The notes: generated by a model from the letters alone, not told the origin. Positions 34,890 to 43,974 are shown, numbered from the stretch's first letter. The stretch is DNA of 64,000 nucleotides from a candidate division FCPU426 bacterium (GCA_963771075.1 CAVYSE010000007.1:64001-128000), one strand, 5' to 3'. Program-made: numbers and translations.

Positions 34890-35200
34890 GGCCTACCTCC
34901 CTTTTTAAAAATTTTAAATAAACGACCCTCCAAAGAATTCTCTTTGGAGGGTCGAAAATTGGGTTGTGAAGCGTTCAAGGTTTGGGGGATTCTCCGGGCT
35001 GATTGACTTGGAATTTTGTTTTCGGTTGTCGAAGCGGAACAACTTGCGAGGGCGAAATCTTCGGGGCAGTAATCGCCCTTTAAATGCAAAATCTGAAATT
35101 CGTTTTTGGGGGTCATCCGTCACCGCCGTATTTTGTGATATTTATTTTGACTGTCTTAAGCGCCTAAACGTTTCATCAAAAAGAAATAATTATTTTGAAA

Positions 35201-35305
35201 TGTCACTGACCGTCACTTACTGCCGCTAACTGCCACTTGTGATCGGCAGTGATCTTTTGTGAGCATTCTCCGTGACCATCGTTAACCATGGATTGCCATG
35301 GATTG
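35201..35305. repeat. 10-bp phased direct repeats in the divergent control region (element 1)
   Basis: TGTCACTGAC/CGTCACTTAC/TGCCGCTAAC/TGCCACTTGT, then CGTGACCATC/GTTAACCATG/GATTGCCATG; conserved at 45871-45975. Confidence 0.7.
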
Positions 35306-35355
35306 GACGCAATAGATTTTTATGACACTTAAAATTTTTGGGAGCGAAAGGAGAA

Positions 35356-35571
35356 ATGAATCGTCCAAAAGGCATGAAAACAATTTCTGGAGGGAGCTAT
35401 GGGCCACTACCTGGAAATCAACGATACCGAAGCCCAGCACCTCGCCTGGATTCACTCCAACAAGTTCACCATCCCAGAGCTTTTCCAAAAGAAGTTTTAT
35501 CCCCAAGGCACCTATCGAAATACCTGTTACGTCCTCAGCAAATACGTCAAAAAAGGGTTCCTGCTTTTTGA
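35356..35571 (+). CDS. Leader ORF starting MNRPKGMKTIS (element 1), overlapping the rep-like gene out of frame
   Basis: AAGGAG RBS; first 11 codons conserved with the element 2 copy by synonymous changes only. Confidence 0.5.
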   Translation: MNRPKGMKTISGGSYGPLPGNQRYRSPAPRLDSLQQVHHPRAFPKEVLSPRHLSKYLLRPQQIRQKRVPAF

Positions 35572-36202
35572 AAAGGAAAATATGTTCGCGCATAACTTTT
35601 ATTTCCTGACCCTTCCGGCCATCCGCACCCTGGACGAGACAGGGCGGATGATCGTCATGGGCCGGAAGCACACCATCCGAATCAACCCCTATGAGCGACA
35701 GCATGACCTTATGGTCCAGGAGTTAAGAATCACCTTGGAGGCCACCCCCACCCTGGAAGACATCTTTTGGGTGAGTGACTTCGAAATGCGGGCAGGTATC
35801 ACCCCGCGAACAAAGGCCGAGTTCCTCAATGGGGAGCTGGAAAGAAACTGGCGGGTTAGGGCCTACGAAAGGGCAAAGTCCTTGGTCCGTAGGACGCCGG
35901 ACGGATACTTTGAAGCCGACTTCCAGGGGGAGAGACGGGCCTTTGTCCTGGAATTCGAGCGGACGGCCTATAACTGGAACATGGTCAAACGGATGGTCTA
36001 TAACTTGGACGACGCCTTTCCCAACGCCTGGCGGCTTGTTGTCTCGGAAACCTACCCCCATGCCTGGCGGATGATCCGCAACCTCCAAGCCTGGGTCATG
36101 GAAAGGGATCGGTCCAAGTGGTTGGTAAGCGACTTCGGCAGGGTAACGACCCGCCCATTCGAGAAAGTCTGGTTCCAGATCAGCAATCCTCTGCCGGAAT
36201 AA
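35399..36202 (+). CDS. Replication-relaxation (Replic_Relax-like) protein: wHTH + PD-(D/E)XK domain (element 1)
   Basis: N-terminal wHTH-like segment, QHDL motif, RRTPDGYF...FVLEFERT nuclease motif; GGAGG RBS. Confidence 0.7.
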   Translation: MGHYLEINDTEAQHLAWIHSNKFTIPELFQKKFYPQGTYRNTCYVLSKYVKKGFLLFEKENMFAHNFYFLTLPAIRTLDETGRMIVMGRKHTIRINPYERQHDLMVQELRITLEATPTLEDIFWVSDFEMRAGITPRTKAEFLNGELERNWRVRAYERAKSLVRRTPDGYFEADFQGERRAFVLEFERTAYNWNMVKRMVYNLDDAFPNAWRLVVSETYPHAWRMIRNLQAWVMERDRSKWLVSDFGRVTTRPFEKVWFQISNPLPE

Positions 36203-36210
36203 CACCCCGT

Positions 36211-36435
36211 TGGCCGTGGAAAAAATGTCCTACGGTCTTTCATTCGGACGGAACTACAAATTTTAATCTTTCGGCTTTTTTAGGGGTGTTTTCCCATGCT
36301 CCGATGGCGAGCCCCCCTATCTCTGCATCAAGTACGGATGCGAGAAACGATAGGGGGGCTCGCCCTCTCCGCATGGGAAAACCAGGAGACGTTATTTTTA
36401 AAAACAAGGATGAGACAAATTCAAATTAAAATCAG
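36211..36435 (+). ncRNA. Candidate structured ncRNA or ssDNA origin hairpin (element 1)
   Basis: Long stem 36288-36382 with compensatory changes versus 46966-47058. Confidence 0.55.
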
Positions 36436-36708
36436 ATTCAAGAGCAAGGCAAGGCAAACCGGAGCAGTATCCAGAGGTGGCAGGTTGGGATTGGAGTGGT
36501 GGGTGCAGGTTAGCGTGGTAGGTGGGTAAGACAAAGGCAGGGTAAGGGAAGTGGTAGTTTGGGATAGTTGGTAGGTTGTTGGTTATAGCTGTTTTAAACA
36601 GGGGTTAATCCTTCCTGATAACGTGGTTTTGGTTTTAAGGGGTGTTAATCTTAGGAACGACAAATTATGGTTCTTGTGGGTATAATGGTTTTCTAAAGGG
36701 GCAACAAT

Positions 36709-37032
36709 ATGCAGGGAACAGATTCAAAATTGACTGAAATCGTGAACCGCTTGGCGGAGGCTTATCACCCCGAGCGGATTTATCTTTTCGGTTCCACGGC
36801 TAGGGGCGACCAAGGCCCGGACAGCGATTTTGATTTAATGGTCGTAGTCCCTGATAACGCCCCGTCCCCCCTGCGCCGAAGCCGTTTGGCCTATGAGAGG
36901 CTTTGGGGTACGGGAACTGCGGCAGATGTTTTGGTTTGGACCCATACCGCCTTTGAAAGCCGGAAGGCCGTAATAGCCTCTTTACCCGCCACGATTCTCC
37001 GGGAAGGCCGTCTGCTTTATGGGGCCGCTTGA
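36709..37032 (+). CDS. Minimal nucleotidyltransferase (MNT) antitoxin-like protein
   Basis: LFGSTARGDQGPDSDFDL (GS-x10-DxD). Confidence 0.9.
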   Translation: MQGTDSKLTEIVNRLAEAYHPERIYLFGSTARGDQGPDSDFDLMVVVPDNAPSPLRRSRLAYERLWGTGTAADVLVWTHTAFESRKAVIASLPATILREGRLLYGAA

Positions 37033-37438
37033 AGCAGACCGCGCCGCTGAAACCAGGGCTTGGCTACATAAAGCCGCCCAAGACTTAAGGGGCGCTGAAA
37101 TTGACCGCCAAGCTGACCCTCCCTTTTTGGAAGACGTTTTGTTTCACTCCCAACAATCAGCCGAAAAATCTTTGAAGGCGTTCTTGTGCTGGCATGACCA
37201 ACCTTTCCGCAAAACCCATAACTTAGTTGAACTAGGAGAGCCTTGCGCCAAAGTGGACAGCACATTGGAACCCATCCTCCGAAAAGCCGCCGTCTTAACC
37301 GAATATGCTTGGAAATTTCGATATCCGGGAGACGTTGAAGTAATTGAAACGAAAGAAGCTGATGAGGCAATGGGTTTGGCCCGCCAGGTATTCGATGCGG
37401 TAAAGTTGCGGCTTCCGAAAGAAAGCCATCCAACATGA
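37019..37438 (+). CDS. HEPN-domain protein
   Basis: W..KA..DL, FHSQQSAEKSLKA, KTHNL, RYP; overlaps the MNT gene. Confidence 0.9.
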   Translation: MGPLEADRAAETRAWLHKAAQDLRGAEIDRQADPPFLEDVLFHSQQSAEKSLKAFLCWHDQPFRKTHNLVELGEPCAKVDSTLEPILRKAAVLTEYAWKFRYPGDVEVIETKEADEAMGLARQVFDAVKLRLPKESHPT

Positions 37439-37492
37439 GGATCGAAGTCGTCCTTTTTTGATGGAAGGTTCAGCTCAAACGGGGTGGATTTG

Positions 37493-37699
37493 TCACTCGA
37501 AAAAATTTTTTATGTCGATTTCAAAATGGTTGGCAAGTTTTTCAAGAAGGCGAACGGTGGGGTTTAACTTACCGGCTAAAAGACGGGATATTGTGGATTT
37601 CGCTACCTCTGCACCAAAGGCGACCTGCTCAGCGGTTTCTCCGCGTTTTTTGAGTGTCTTTTTTATGTTTTCAACGACCCGTTCCGAAGCACTTTTCAT
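37493..37699 (-). CDS. XRE-family HTH regulator
   Basis: T.EQVAFGAEVAKSTISRLLAGKLNPTVRLLEKLA. Confidence 0.85.
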   Translation of the reverse strand: MKSASERVVENIKKTLKKRGETAEQVAFGAEVAKSTISRLLAGKLNPTVRLLEKLANHFEIDIKNFFE

Positions 37700-37763
37700 G
37701 CCCAGAGAATATATTTTTAAGTTATACTGCTAGTTGCTTATAGGAAACCTAAGAGGTGGGTCT

Positions 37764-38324
37764 ATGAAAAAACACTTGTGGCTTACGGGATTAACCTTTT
37801 CAGCGATTTTCGTTGTTTTTTTATCCTGTAATAAAATTACCACTCCGTTAGCACCTGGCTCCGGAACAAGCGCCAATAGCAGTAGCTTCATTTTGGCTTG
37901 TGGGTCAACTTTGCCTACATCAGCAAACAGTTGTTCGATAACTTTAACTTGTGGCACGGCTGTTGATTTGAGTTCCATTTTATCCGCAAATAGCACGAAT
38001 ATTTATGCTTGCGTCAACCCTTCCGGACTTCCAAAAAGCTTTAATAGTTCAAATGTTTATACGGGGTCAGCATACTGTTCAGCGCCAACAACCACATGTG
38101 CGGGACCGTCGGGATGCTCTGGCTCTTTAAATTCTTCAAACATAACCATAAATTGTGGGGACAATTTACCTTGTTCCGCAAACTCAGCTGTAATCACCAT
38201 AGCTTGTCCCACAATTACCGATTTAAGTTCGATTTCGTCGGTAAATAGCACAACCATTTACATGCACAATGCCCCTTGCAAGTTGCCTCAGAGCTTTAGC
38301 AGTAGCCATATTGTTTTGTATTAA
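37764..38324 (+). CDS. Cys/Ser-rich lipoprotein with an internal two-fold repeat
   Basis: GAGG RBS, MKKH..FLSC lipobox; two ~55-aa CG..LP.SANS...DLSSI.S.NST.IY units. Confidence 0.7.
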   Translation: MKKHLWLTGLTFSAIFVVFLSCNKITTPLAPGSGTSANSSSFILACGSTLPTSANSCSITLTCGTAVDLSSILSANSTNIYACVNPSGLPKSFNSSNVYTGSAYCSAPTTTCAGPSGCSGSLNSSNITINCGDNLPCSANSAVITIACPTITDLSSISSVNSTTIYMHNAPCKLPQSFSSSHIVLY

Positions 38325-38353
38325 TTTGGCAGATAAGCATTCAGAGGTAAATC

Positions 38354-39229
38354 ATGAAGCCTGCATTGTTTTTGGTAATTTTGGTAGTAATGGTCGTAGT
38401 TCCTGCCTTGTCGTTGGCCCAAACACCTACACCTTCTGCACCTCAATACATAGCTGATGGAAACAAATATTACGCAATAAAAGATTATTCAAAGGCTTTG
38501 TTGTATTACCAAGCGGCCACCCAGTCGGACCCAGGAAGTGCCGTGGCTTTTCAGGGACTCGGAAACGCCAATTATATGTTGGGTCAAAAGACAACAGCTC
38601 TCGCTGCCTATGAAAAAGCGATGGCTTTAGATCCCACGAATGCTCAATTGAGCAATTTCGTTCAAACGCTAAAAACTCAAAATAATGAATCTTCAAAAGT
38701 TGTTACGGCTACCCCTACCCCATCAGTCCTTCAATTTTCAAGAATTGAAATAGATTTGATGGGTGGGATTGATGAGCCAGTAAACCCAGATGGATATGCG
38801 CTAAGCTTTGGAGGGGGAGGCACATTTTACCTTTCGTTGAATCGTGCCACGGCTATTGGCATTTCTCTTTCTTTGTATTCTTTTTCATATCAAGCCTCTA
38901 GCGCCACCAGTACTGTGAATGGTATTACCACCTCTTCTCAAAGCGGGGGAGGATCGGCTACCGAGTTTGAAGGATTGGCGGTTTTCAAGTTTCGGCTGAG
39001 TACTGGAAATTTTGAACCGTACATATTGGTTGGTGCCGGATTATCAGATTACAATGATACCGTTGATGGATCGGTGCTAAATCCCGCAATTAGTGGCGGG
39101 CTTGGTTGCGAATTTAGTTTGGGGTCCGGGACAAATCTTTTTTTAGAAGGCAAAACCAACGCGATAATTGCTTCGAATACGACTATTATCCACATACCGA
39201 TGGAAGCAGGCATCAACTTTGATCTTTAA
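38354..39229 (+). CDS. TPR + outer-membrane beta-barrel protein
   Basis: Signal peptide, two TPRs (YSKALLYYQAA, GLGNANY..G...A..AYEKA), EPYILVGAG barrel strands, terminal FDL. Confidence 0.75.
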   Translation: MKPALFLVILVVMVVVPALSLAQTPTPSAPQYIADGNKYYAIKDYSKALLYYQAATQSDPGSAVAFQGLGNANYMLGQKTTALAAYEKAMALDPTNAQLSNFVQTLKTQNNESSKVVTATPTPSVLQFSRIEIDLMGGIDEPVNPDGYALSFGGGGTFYLSLNRATAIGISLSLYSFSYQASSATSTVNGITTSSQSGGGSATEFEGLAVFKFRLSTGNFEPYILVGAGLSDYNDTVDGSVLNPAISGGLGCEFSLGSGTNLFLEGKTNAIIASNTTIIHIPMEAGINFDL

Positions 39230-39364
39230 TTCCAAGCTCTTTCTGGAAAAAGCAGAAAAAAGAGGCGAGAAACGTAAGATCATTCAGGGAAGCTACGGGA
39301 AGAAATGCCAAATATTAAAAATCTTATGACGGTAAGTTTAAGAAAGTGATAAAGGAGAATTCTC

Positions 39365-39961
39365 ATGCGGCCAAGAACCCCTGTTATTTTATTATTGTTT
39401 GCGACATTGTTAAGTTTAACCTTAGCTGGTTGCAAAGATGCGGAAGTGGCCCCAATGGTTCTTCCGCAATTCAACCAATACTTCCCAGCTACAACGTTGT
39501 TTCAGGTTGATAAACGATTTCTTTGGGTACAAACCAACATAGACGGAATTAGCGCGGCGGCGGCGGAGTTGATGTTTAAGCAGGATTGCGGCCAGGCCTT
39601 GCCAGCGATACAACAAAAATCATTCGGGCTGATTAAAAATTTATCCACGGCCTTATCTATCGCCGGTAAACAGGTTTTAATTGTTGGATTTAAAAACTAT
39701 TGGGTTGTTTGGGTTGTCCGCAATGGGATTGACACCCAGGGGCTTCCTTACAACTACCAGGTCTTGAATTACCAGCAGTTCAGTAGTTGGCTTATCCAGG
39801 TTATGGGCGCTGTTCCTACACCGGACCAGATCAAGGTCGTTACTTTGGAAAACGTCCAAGCTACCCCCAAAGGCCAGCCTGTAATAGCCCCCACCTTGGC
39901 CCAGGTTCGCCAACAGGTGGCCCAACAACCCCAAGTTAACAACCCGACCTTTGCGGAATAA
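39365..39961 (+). CDS. Hypothetical lipoprotein
   Basis: AAGGAG RBS, lipobox LAGC. Confidence 0.7.
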   Translation: MRPRTPVILLLFATLLSLTLAGCKDAEVAPMVLPQFNQYFPATTLFQVDKRFLWVQTNIDGISAAAAELMFKQDCGQALPAIQQKSFGLIKNLSTALSIAGKQVLIVGFKNYWVVWVVRNGIDTQGLPYNYQVLNYQQFSSWLIQVMGAVPTPDQIKVVTLENVQATPKGQPVIAPTLAQVRQQVAQQPQVNNPTFAE

Positions 39962-40222
39962 AAATTAAATCCTTGGGTGAGCTTTTAAACGTCAGCGTGC
40001 CAATGAAGTCGGTCGGGATGTTTTCATGGGTTTCGCCGTGTCATATACGTGTCAAACTCGACCGTCAAAATCGAGTTTTGACCGTCGCCAAGTGTCCTTG
40101 ACCGTCACCAACAAAAAAAGCCTCTGCCTGCTTGGGTTGTGAAACCCTTGCAGGCAAAGGCCTTAAAAATCTGCTGGGGACTTTAAAATTTTAAAAATGT
40201 TCCAACTGTGTTGTCGAATGAA

Positions 40223-40267
40223 CTTCTAAGCAGTAGGTCCCGCGTTCGAATCGCGGCAGGCGCACCA
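40223..40267 (+). repeat. Distal att site of element 1: displaced tRNA-Arg 3' half
   Basis: CTTCTAAGCAGTAGGTCCCGCGTTCGAATCGCGGCAGGCGCACCA, lacking a 5' half. Confidence 0.9.
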
Positions 40268-40611
40268 TATTTTACTAAATCCCAGGGGCGAAGGATTACA
40301 AACGTTGTTTTGGAAAACGTCTGAAAAGTTTTCGTGAAAAAGGGCTTTTTTATCTGAGATTTTTGATGGGCTAGAGTTCTGCTAAGTTTTCTCTTCCTTT
40401 ATGAATCGTCAAATTAATCTTTACAATTGAAAGGCCAAAAATTAAACTTTTATGGCTTTTCTCCCGGACCATGTTTTCTGATGAAATCGGGAAAATAAAC
40501 TTGCTGGTGAGCCCGGTTTGGATGGGCCGCCAGCTTGTTTGTTTCTGGCCTTTTGGCCAGTTGGGGAGCGGTTGGGATTGCACCGTCCCTGACCCCGTTT
40601 CGGAAACGCAT

Positions 40612-40689
40612 GGTGGGAGTAGCTCAATTGGTTAGAGCACCAGATTGTGGATCTGGGGGTTGCGGGTTCGATTCCCGTCTCTCACCCCA
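40612..40689 (+). tRNA. tRNA-His(GTG)
   Basis: G-1, anticodon arm CCAGA-TTGTGGA-TCTGG, C73, CCA. Confidence 0.95.
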
Positions 40690-40775
40690 CTTGATCCGGC
40701 CGTCCTAACGGTCCGGGGCGTCCCGTACCGAGGTGGAGTGGTGGCTGGTTGCTCCCGCGTAAATAGTTGGAGGAT

Positions 40776-40852
40776 GCGCCTGTAGCTCAGTTGGATAGAG
40801 CGACAGATTCCGGATCTGTAGGTCAGAGGTTCGAGCCCTCTCAGGCGTACCA
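40776..40852 (+). tRNA. tRNA-Arg(CCG)
   Basis: Anticodon arm ACAGA-TTCCGGA-TCTGT, CCA. Confidence 0.95.
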
Positions 40853-40971
40853 TTTTTTTTTAAATATGGCGGACGAAGTTTGCCATCAGGTTAGAAATGG
40901 GGATGTACCGATTAGTTGGAAAGTTGTTTTCGGAAAATTGGCACATACCATTTTTCATTATGTTTGGTTTT

Positions 40972-41047
<76 letters not shown>

Positions 41048-41177
41048 TTTTTAGTTTCCTTTTGATTTTGCCGGGTTGGAATGATTCGAACCAACAAGGA
41101 ACTCCAATTATCATGATCCTCGGAATACCCACGACATCCAGATGTTGAGTACCTAAACTCAAAACGAAAGAGGCAAT

Positions 41178-43518
41178 ATGCGCTACGGATACTTTGATGT
41201 TCCAAATAAAGAGTATGTGATCGAAAGGCCCGATACACCGGTGCCTTGGATGAACTACCTGCATAATGACGAGTATTGCGCACTCATTTCCAATAACGCT
41301 GGAGGATACAGCTTTCACCTATCCGCCCGAGACAAGAGGATTTTGCGTTATCGATTAAATAATATTCCGGTGGATCGCCCAGGAAGATATATTTATGTTC
41401 GGGACGAACAAGATGGAGATTATTGGTCCGCGACTTGGCAGCCCGTCCTGAAAGACCTGTCCGACTATAAGACGGAAACACGCCATGGATTTCGGATATA
41501 CCCGCGTTACCTCCGCATATAAGGGGTTAGAAATGGAAACCCTCTATGTGGTTCCCGTGAAGGATAATTTGGAACTCTGGCATTTGACCCTAACCAACCG
41601 TACATCCAAAACCAAGACGCTCAACTTGATTTCCTATGCGGAACTTTGCCTCTTTTTCGCACAAAACGACATGATCAACTTTCAATATACCTACAACATC
41701 GCGAGATGTTTTGAAAAGAATGGGATGATTCATCATACGACGATGATCGAAAATGCCGGGCATTACGCCTTTTTCACCGCGAGCAAACCCTACACTTCCT
41801 TTGATTGCGACAGGGAAAAGTTCATGGGGCCATATCATTCGGAAGCTAACCCCCAGGCAGTTTTGGACGGAAAATGCTTCAATTCCGAAGCGAATGGTGG
41901 AAACCCGGTAGCCGCGACGTCGATCCCGGTAACACTTAAGCCTGGGGAGAGCAAATCCATTACCTATATATTAGGCGTGGCGCCCTCCATGGCGGCCGGT
42001 GCTAAATTGGCGGCCAAGTACCGTAAATCGGGAGCTGTCGAACGGGCTATGGATGAATTGAAAGAACATTGGGATGAGAAGCTGGGTTCCTTGACGGTGA
42101 ACACGCCGGATAAAGACATCAATTTATGTTTGAACCAATGGAATGCTTATCAAGTGCATACCACGTTCAGTATGTCCCGCGGCCCCTCCATTTATGAGGG
42201 TGGTATTGGACGAGGGATGGGATTCCGGGACAGCAACCAGGATGTGCTGAGCGTGATTCACAGTGTGCCTGGGAAGGTGAAAAAACTCATCACTGATTTG
42301 GCTAAGAACATGTTCAAGGACGGAACCGCGTATCACCAGTTTTTCCGGTTGACCGGCGAAGGGGACGGTAAAGGATATTCGGACGATCCGCTTTGGATCA
42401 TTCTTTCCACAACCGCATACGTCAAAGAAACAGGTGATTTCAAGTTTTTAAACGAAAAGATCGCTTGGGCCGATGGCGGGACAGCCACCATGTACGAGCA
42501 TCTTCGGGCGCCATTGGATTACACATATAAAAACGTTGGAAGCCACAAGATTCCCTGCATGGGTTTCGCTGATTGGAATGATACCCTCCAGATCAACGGA
42601 CCGAAACCAGGAGAGAGCGTTTGGGTGGCCGAGTTCCTCGTGAAATGCGCCAATGATTTCGTTGAATTGGCCGAAGCGCTGGGCAAAAAAGGGGACGCCC
42701 AAAAGTATCGCAAGATGGCAGCGGATATGGGCGCCCGTACTAATAAAGTTTGCTGGGACGGGGATTGGTACGCAATGGCTTTTGATGGATGGGGAACCAT
42801 GCTGGGTTCCAATAAGCAAAAAGACGGAAAGGTTTATTTGAACACCCAAACCTGGGCGGTCATCTCCGGGGTTGCCGATCAAAAAAGGGGCGAAGAATGC
42901 ATGGATGCGGTGCGTGAGTACCTGGATTCCAAATATGGGGTGGCCCTTATGTACCCTGGCTTTAAGCATTTCAGCCCCCGCTTGGGCGGGGTGAGTACCT
43001 TTCCCCCGGGTTTGAAGGAAAACGGTGGAATCTTCTCGCATGCCAATCCATGGGCTGTCATTGCCGAAACGATTTTAGGACGGGCGGATGTCGCGATGAA
43101 ATATTACAAGCAATTATTGCCGACAACAAAGGACCAGATCCAGGATGTGCACAAAGCGGAACCCTATATCTATGCCCAGGCCATCGCTTCTAGGGAACAC
43201 CGTGACTTCGGATTTGCGAGAAATTCCTGGTTGACCGGAGCTGCTTCCTGGAACTATGTGGCAGCCACTCAATATATATTGGGTATTCGGCCGACCTACT
43301 CGGGGCTCCGGGTGGATCCTTGTATACCAAAGGACTGGAAAGAGTATCAGGTGACTCGATTGTTCCGTGGAGTGGAATACCACATTCGAGTGAAGAACCC
43401 CAGACACATCAGTAAGGGTGTCGCTTTTATGACCGTGAATGGCAAGAAGTTTGATGGAAACGTCATTCCGGCGCAAAAGTCGAGCAAAAAAATCGAGGTT
43501 GAGGTTGTGCTGGGTTAA
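41178..43518 (+). pseudogene. GH94 glycoside phosphorylase (cellobiose/chitobiose phosphorylase-like), split by a +1 frameshift
   Basis: MRYGYFD...PW.NYL N-terminus, GRGMGFRDSNQD, DWND, ENGGIF.H. Removing one T at 41490-41492 restores RHGFGYT. Confidence 0.85.
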
Positions 43519-43541
43519 TTGGATTTAAGCATCTTAAATGG

Positions 43542-43574
43542 ACCAAGCCCTAACAAACGTTAGGGCTTGGTTTT
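43542..43574 (+). terminator. Rho-independent terminator
   Basis: ACCAAGCCCTAAC-AAAC-GTTAGGGCTTGGT then TTT. Confidence 0.8.
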
Positions 43575-43692
43575 CATCAAAATAGTGTGGAACGGGCCGT
43601 GAAAAGAGCCGTTTTAGGTTTCGTTGACAGCCCTCAAACAGCATGCTATAAGAAGCTTGCTTAAGCTTCGGCGAGGGAAGAAGGAGCCACGC

Positions 43693-43974
43693 TTGGTCGC
43701 CATCATGACGTTGAAAGTCGCCGCAAAAAGCAACCCCTCCACCGTGGCAGGCGCCATCGCCAATAACGTAAGGGATGGAAAAGGCGTGGAAATTGTCGCC
43801 ATGGGGCCTGAAAGTATCAATAACACGGTCAAGGCTATTGCCATCGCGCGAGGTTTTTTGCGCGGGGATGGGATGGACGCTTATTTCAAACCCGAATTTA
43901 TTCATCTCACGATTGATGGAGAAAAGAAAAGCGCGATCAAGTTCATTTTGAGCGTCGAAAAGAACGAAAAGTAA
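43693..43974 (+). CDS. spoVS: SpoVS-family protein
   Basis: LKVAAKSNPSTVAGAIA, N..VKAIAIARGF; AAGGAG RBS before TTG (start uncertain). Confidence 0.88.
   Translation: MVAIMTLKVAAKSNPSTVAGAIANNVRDGKGVEIVAMGPESINNTVKAIAIARGFLRGDGMDAYFKPEFIHLTIDGEKKSAIKFILSVEKNEK

Noticed and set aside
35201..35305. Short repeats as a CRISPR array
   Set aside because: 10-bp abutting degenerate units with no spacers and no cas genes.
36211..36435. Retron msr/msd
   Set aside because: Long hairpin present but no reverse transcriptase is encoded.
36296..36529. Short ORFs over the conserved hairpin (also 46981-47178)
   Set aside because: Frames are not maintained between the two copies, and changes fit base pairing rather than codons.
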